The notes under the pieces are model-generated. The model saw nothing but the letters and a program-made list of their open reading frames with translations, did not search any database and was not told where the DNA came from. The translations under genes and the position numbers were made by a program. A stretch of 64,000 bases of DNA. Source: Octopus bimaculoides. Lineage: Eukaryota. Numbering within the stretch: the stretch's first letter is position 1; the number at the start of each line of letters is the position of its first letter. The stretch covers positions 162,895,499 to 162,959,498 of the forward strand of contig NC_068983.1 of assembly GCF_001194135.2 (NCBI RefSeq), in the 5' to 3' direction. This document shows, piece after piece, positions 62,270 to 64,000 of this stretch.

Positions 62270-63005
62270 TTAGCTGTAATTATTGGGGCATTGGGATATG
62301 TAACACACTGCCTAAATATAAACTTTGAGAAAGTAGGCTTCTCAAAACCAAACAGGAGAAAGCTGATTCGAAGACAAAAGATCCAAACCATCACTGGAGC
62401 TGTAAAAGTCTGTAAAACTTTGCAGAAGTTTAACATCTAAGTATATATGCGCAAGTCTAGAAATTTGCGTGTTTAGACATGTGAAAGCACATGGTTCATT
62501 AGTTAGAGCCTTGGGCTCACAATCACGAGGCTGTGAGTTCGATTCCCGGACCGGACAGTGTGTTGTGTCCTTGAGAAAGACACTTTATTTCACGTTGTTC
62601 CAGTTAACTCAGTTGTAGAAATGAGTTGTGATGTTACTGTTGCCAAGTTGTATCGGCTTCTTTGCCTTTCTTTTGGATAACATCAATGGCATGGAGAGGT
62701 GAGGCTGGTATGCATGGGCGACTGCTGGTCTTCCATAAACAACTTTGCCCGGACTTGTCCTTCGTGGAAGGACTTTCTAGGTGCAACGCCATTACCTTTC
62801 ATGACCGAAGTGGGGTCTTGACCTTTTAGACAAAGCCTGAGAACACATACATAAGACAAATCATACGAATCTGCAAATGAACTGACTCCAAATACTGCAC
62901 ATACATGCAAAAATACCGTGCTGATGTTGAAATTCCAATGAATCTAGGTTAGAAACCGGCTCTTTCTCTATTGGCAAGACATCTTGAAATAAAACTAAAT
63001 AATGA
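62270..63005 (+). mobile_element. RLE-type LINE 3' end whose probable UTR is interrupted by a SINE D
   Basis: AVIIGALGYVTHCLNINFEKVGF..KIQTITGAVKVCKTLQKFNI* (62275-62440); UTR-like sequence resumes after 62830. Confidence 0.6.
62483..62825 (+). mobile_element. tRNA-derived SINE, family D
   Basis: TGGTTCATTAGTTAGAGC..GAGTTCGATTCCCGGACC head; body homologous to 2293-2590. Confidence 0.8.
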
Positions 63006-63126
63006 CACACACACACACACAAACGACAAAGAGAGACTTTAATACATCTTTAATGATCTGTTACAATTGTTTGTGTAGCATCTCTGCTTAAAACAGATGT
63101 AACTGATGTGTTAAAGTCTCTCTTTG

Positions 63127-63163
<37 letters not shown>

Positions 63164-63734
63164 CGTGCGCGTGCGCGTGTGTGTACATACAAGTATAAAT
63201 GTATGTGTGTGTGTCTACGCACATCTATGTTTTCACCGATCTTCAACTTCAATCATTGTATTTTAATGAGATTTTGAGATCCCTCGCAGTGAAGCTTTTA
63301 ACGTAAATCAATCTCCCGAATGTTAAAGGGAATCTATATCAGATTCCTAGTACCATTCCTTAAAACTTTTGTTTTAAACTTCTAAAAATTAAATCTTAAA
63401 TACTCAATAGGAAATCATTGTTCCTTAAATATATATCTTTGAGACGCAATAAACAAATAGTCAACGATATGTTTGGTCTTCACCTCAAAACTCGCTCCTG
63501 CAATCTCAAATAAATTTTTATGATTTTACTTTAAAACATAACAGAGATCAATTCTTACTTTTTAGTTTCCTATTTGAATACAATATTTGCTGTTGCAATA
63601 AGTAGGTAACTATACCGAATCCCCTCTTATTATGTCTCATTAATAAATAGATAATTATACTGAATCTCCTCATTATATTTCTTTGCAATAATTATCGGCA
63701 AAAGTTTGTGTACAACCCTACTATATTTATTTAG

Positions 63735-64000
63735 CCGGTACCGGTGGCGGTGTCGCCCTTCGTCGTCGTCGAAGTCGGTGGCCGTCGCGTCCGCGCTTCG
63801 GTCGTCGTCGTCGTTGTCCGGTGGTGCGTCTTCGTTGTCGTCAGCCGGTCGGTTTCGGTCGCGTCGGGGTGTCGCGCGCGTTTGCGACGATGAAAAACCG
63901 CCACTTCTGTAGTTTCCTCGCTCACTCGATGGAGAAGGGATCGGGCCGTCGCCGAGCGGTGGTTCATTATCTGGTGCGAAGCGCGCGGTGCATGTCGAGC
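63735..64000 (+). other. CpG-rich exon-like segment, possibly containing a start codon at 63890 (MKNRHFCSFLAHSMEKGSGRRRAVVHYLVRSARCMSS..., open to the window end)
   Basis: Abrupt switch from AT-rich to very GC/CpG-rich sequence exactly after TTTATTTAG (acceptor-like). One plus frame is open from 63737 to the end, and a minus frame is also open. Product not recognised. Confidence 0.4.

Overview
AT-rich, gap-ridden eukaryotic genomic DNA that is almost entirely non-coding. The repeat content is tRNA-derived SINEs, long (TA)n/(CA)n/(AAT)n arrays, Dong/R4, RTE, L2/CR1 and Penelope-like retroelement relics, plus hAT and Tc1/mariner relics. This looks like an animal genome and, from my recollection of these repeat families, a coleoid cephalopod such as Octopus; that assignment is inference and was not searched. 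No intact transposon ORF, rRNA, true tRNA or CRISPR array is visible, and nearly all ORFs in the supplied track are microsatellite or N-gap artefacts. The only host-gene candidates are a 44-nt exon-like segment (61404-61447) and a CpG-rich exon-like segment from 63735 to the window end; neither product can be named. I did not find a new protein-coding system. The most interesting signals are in retroelement mechanics: two independent RTE LINE copies with 5' inversions matching twin priming, a SINE family with a built-in microsatellite that has received a maT transposon, repeated SINE insertion into the same target site, and a nest of different Dong/R4 families on (TAA)n arrays. Coordinates and translations were read by eye and repeat boundaries are approximate.
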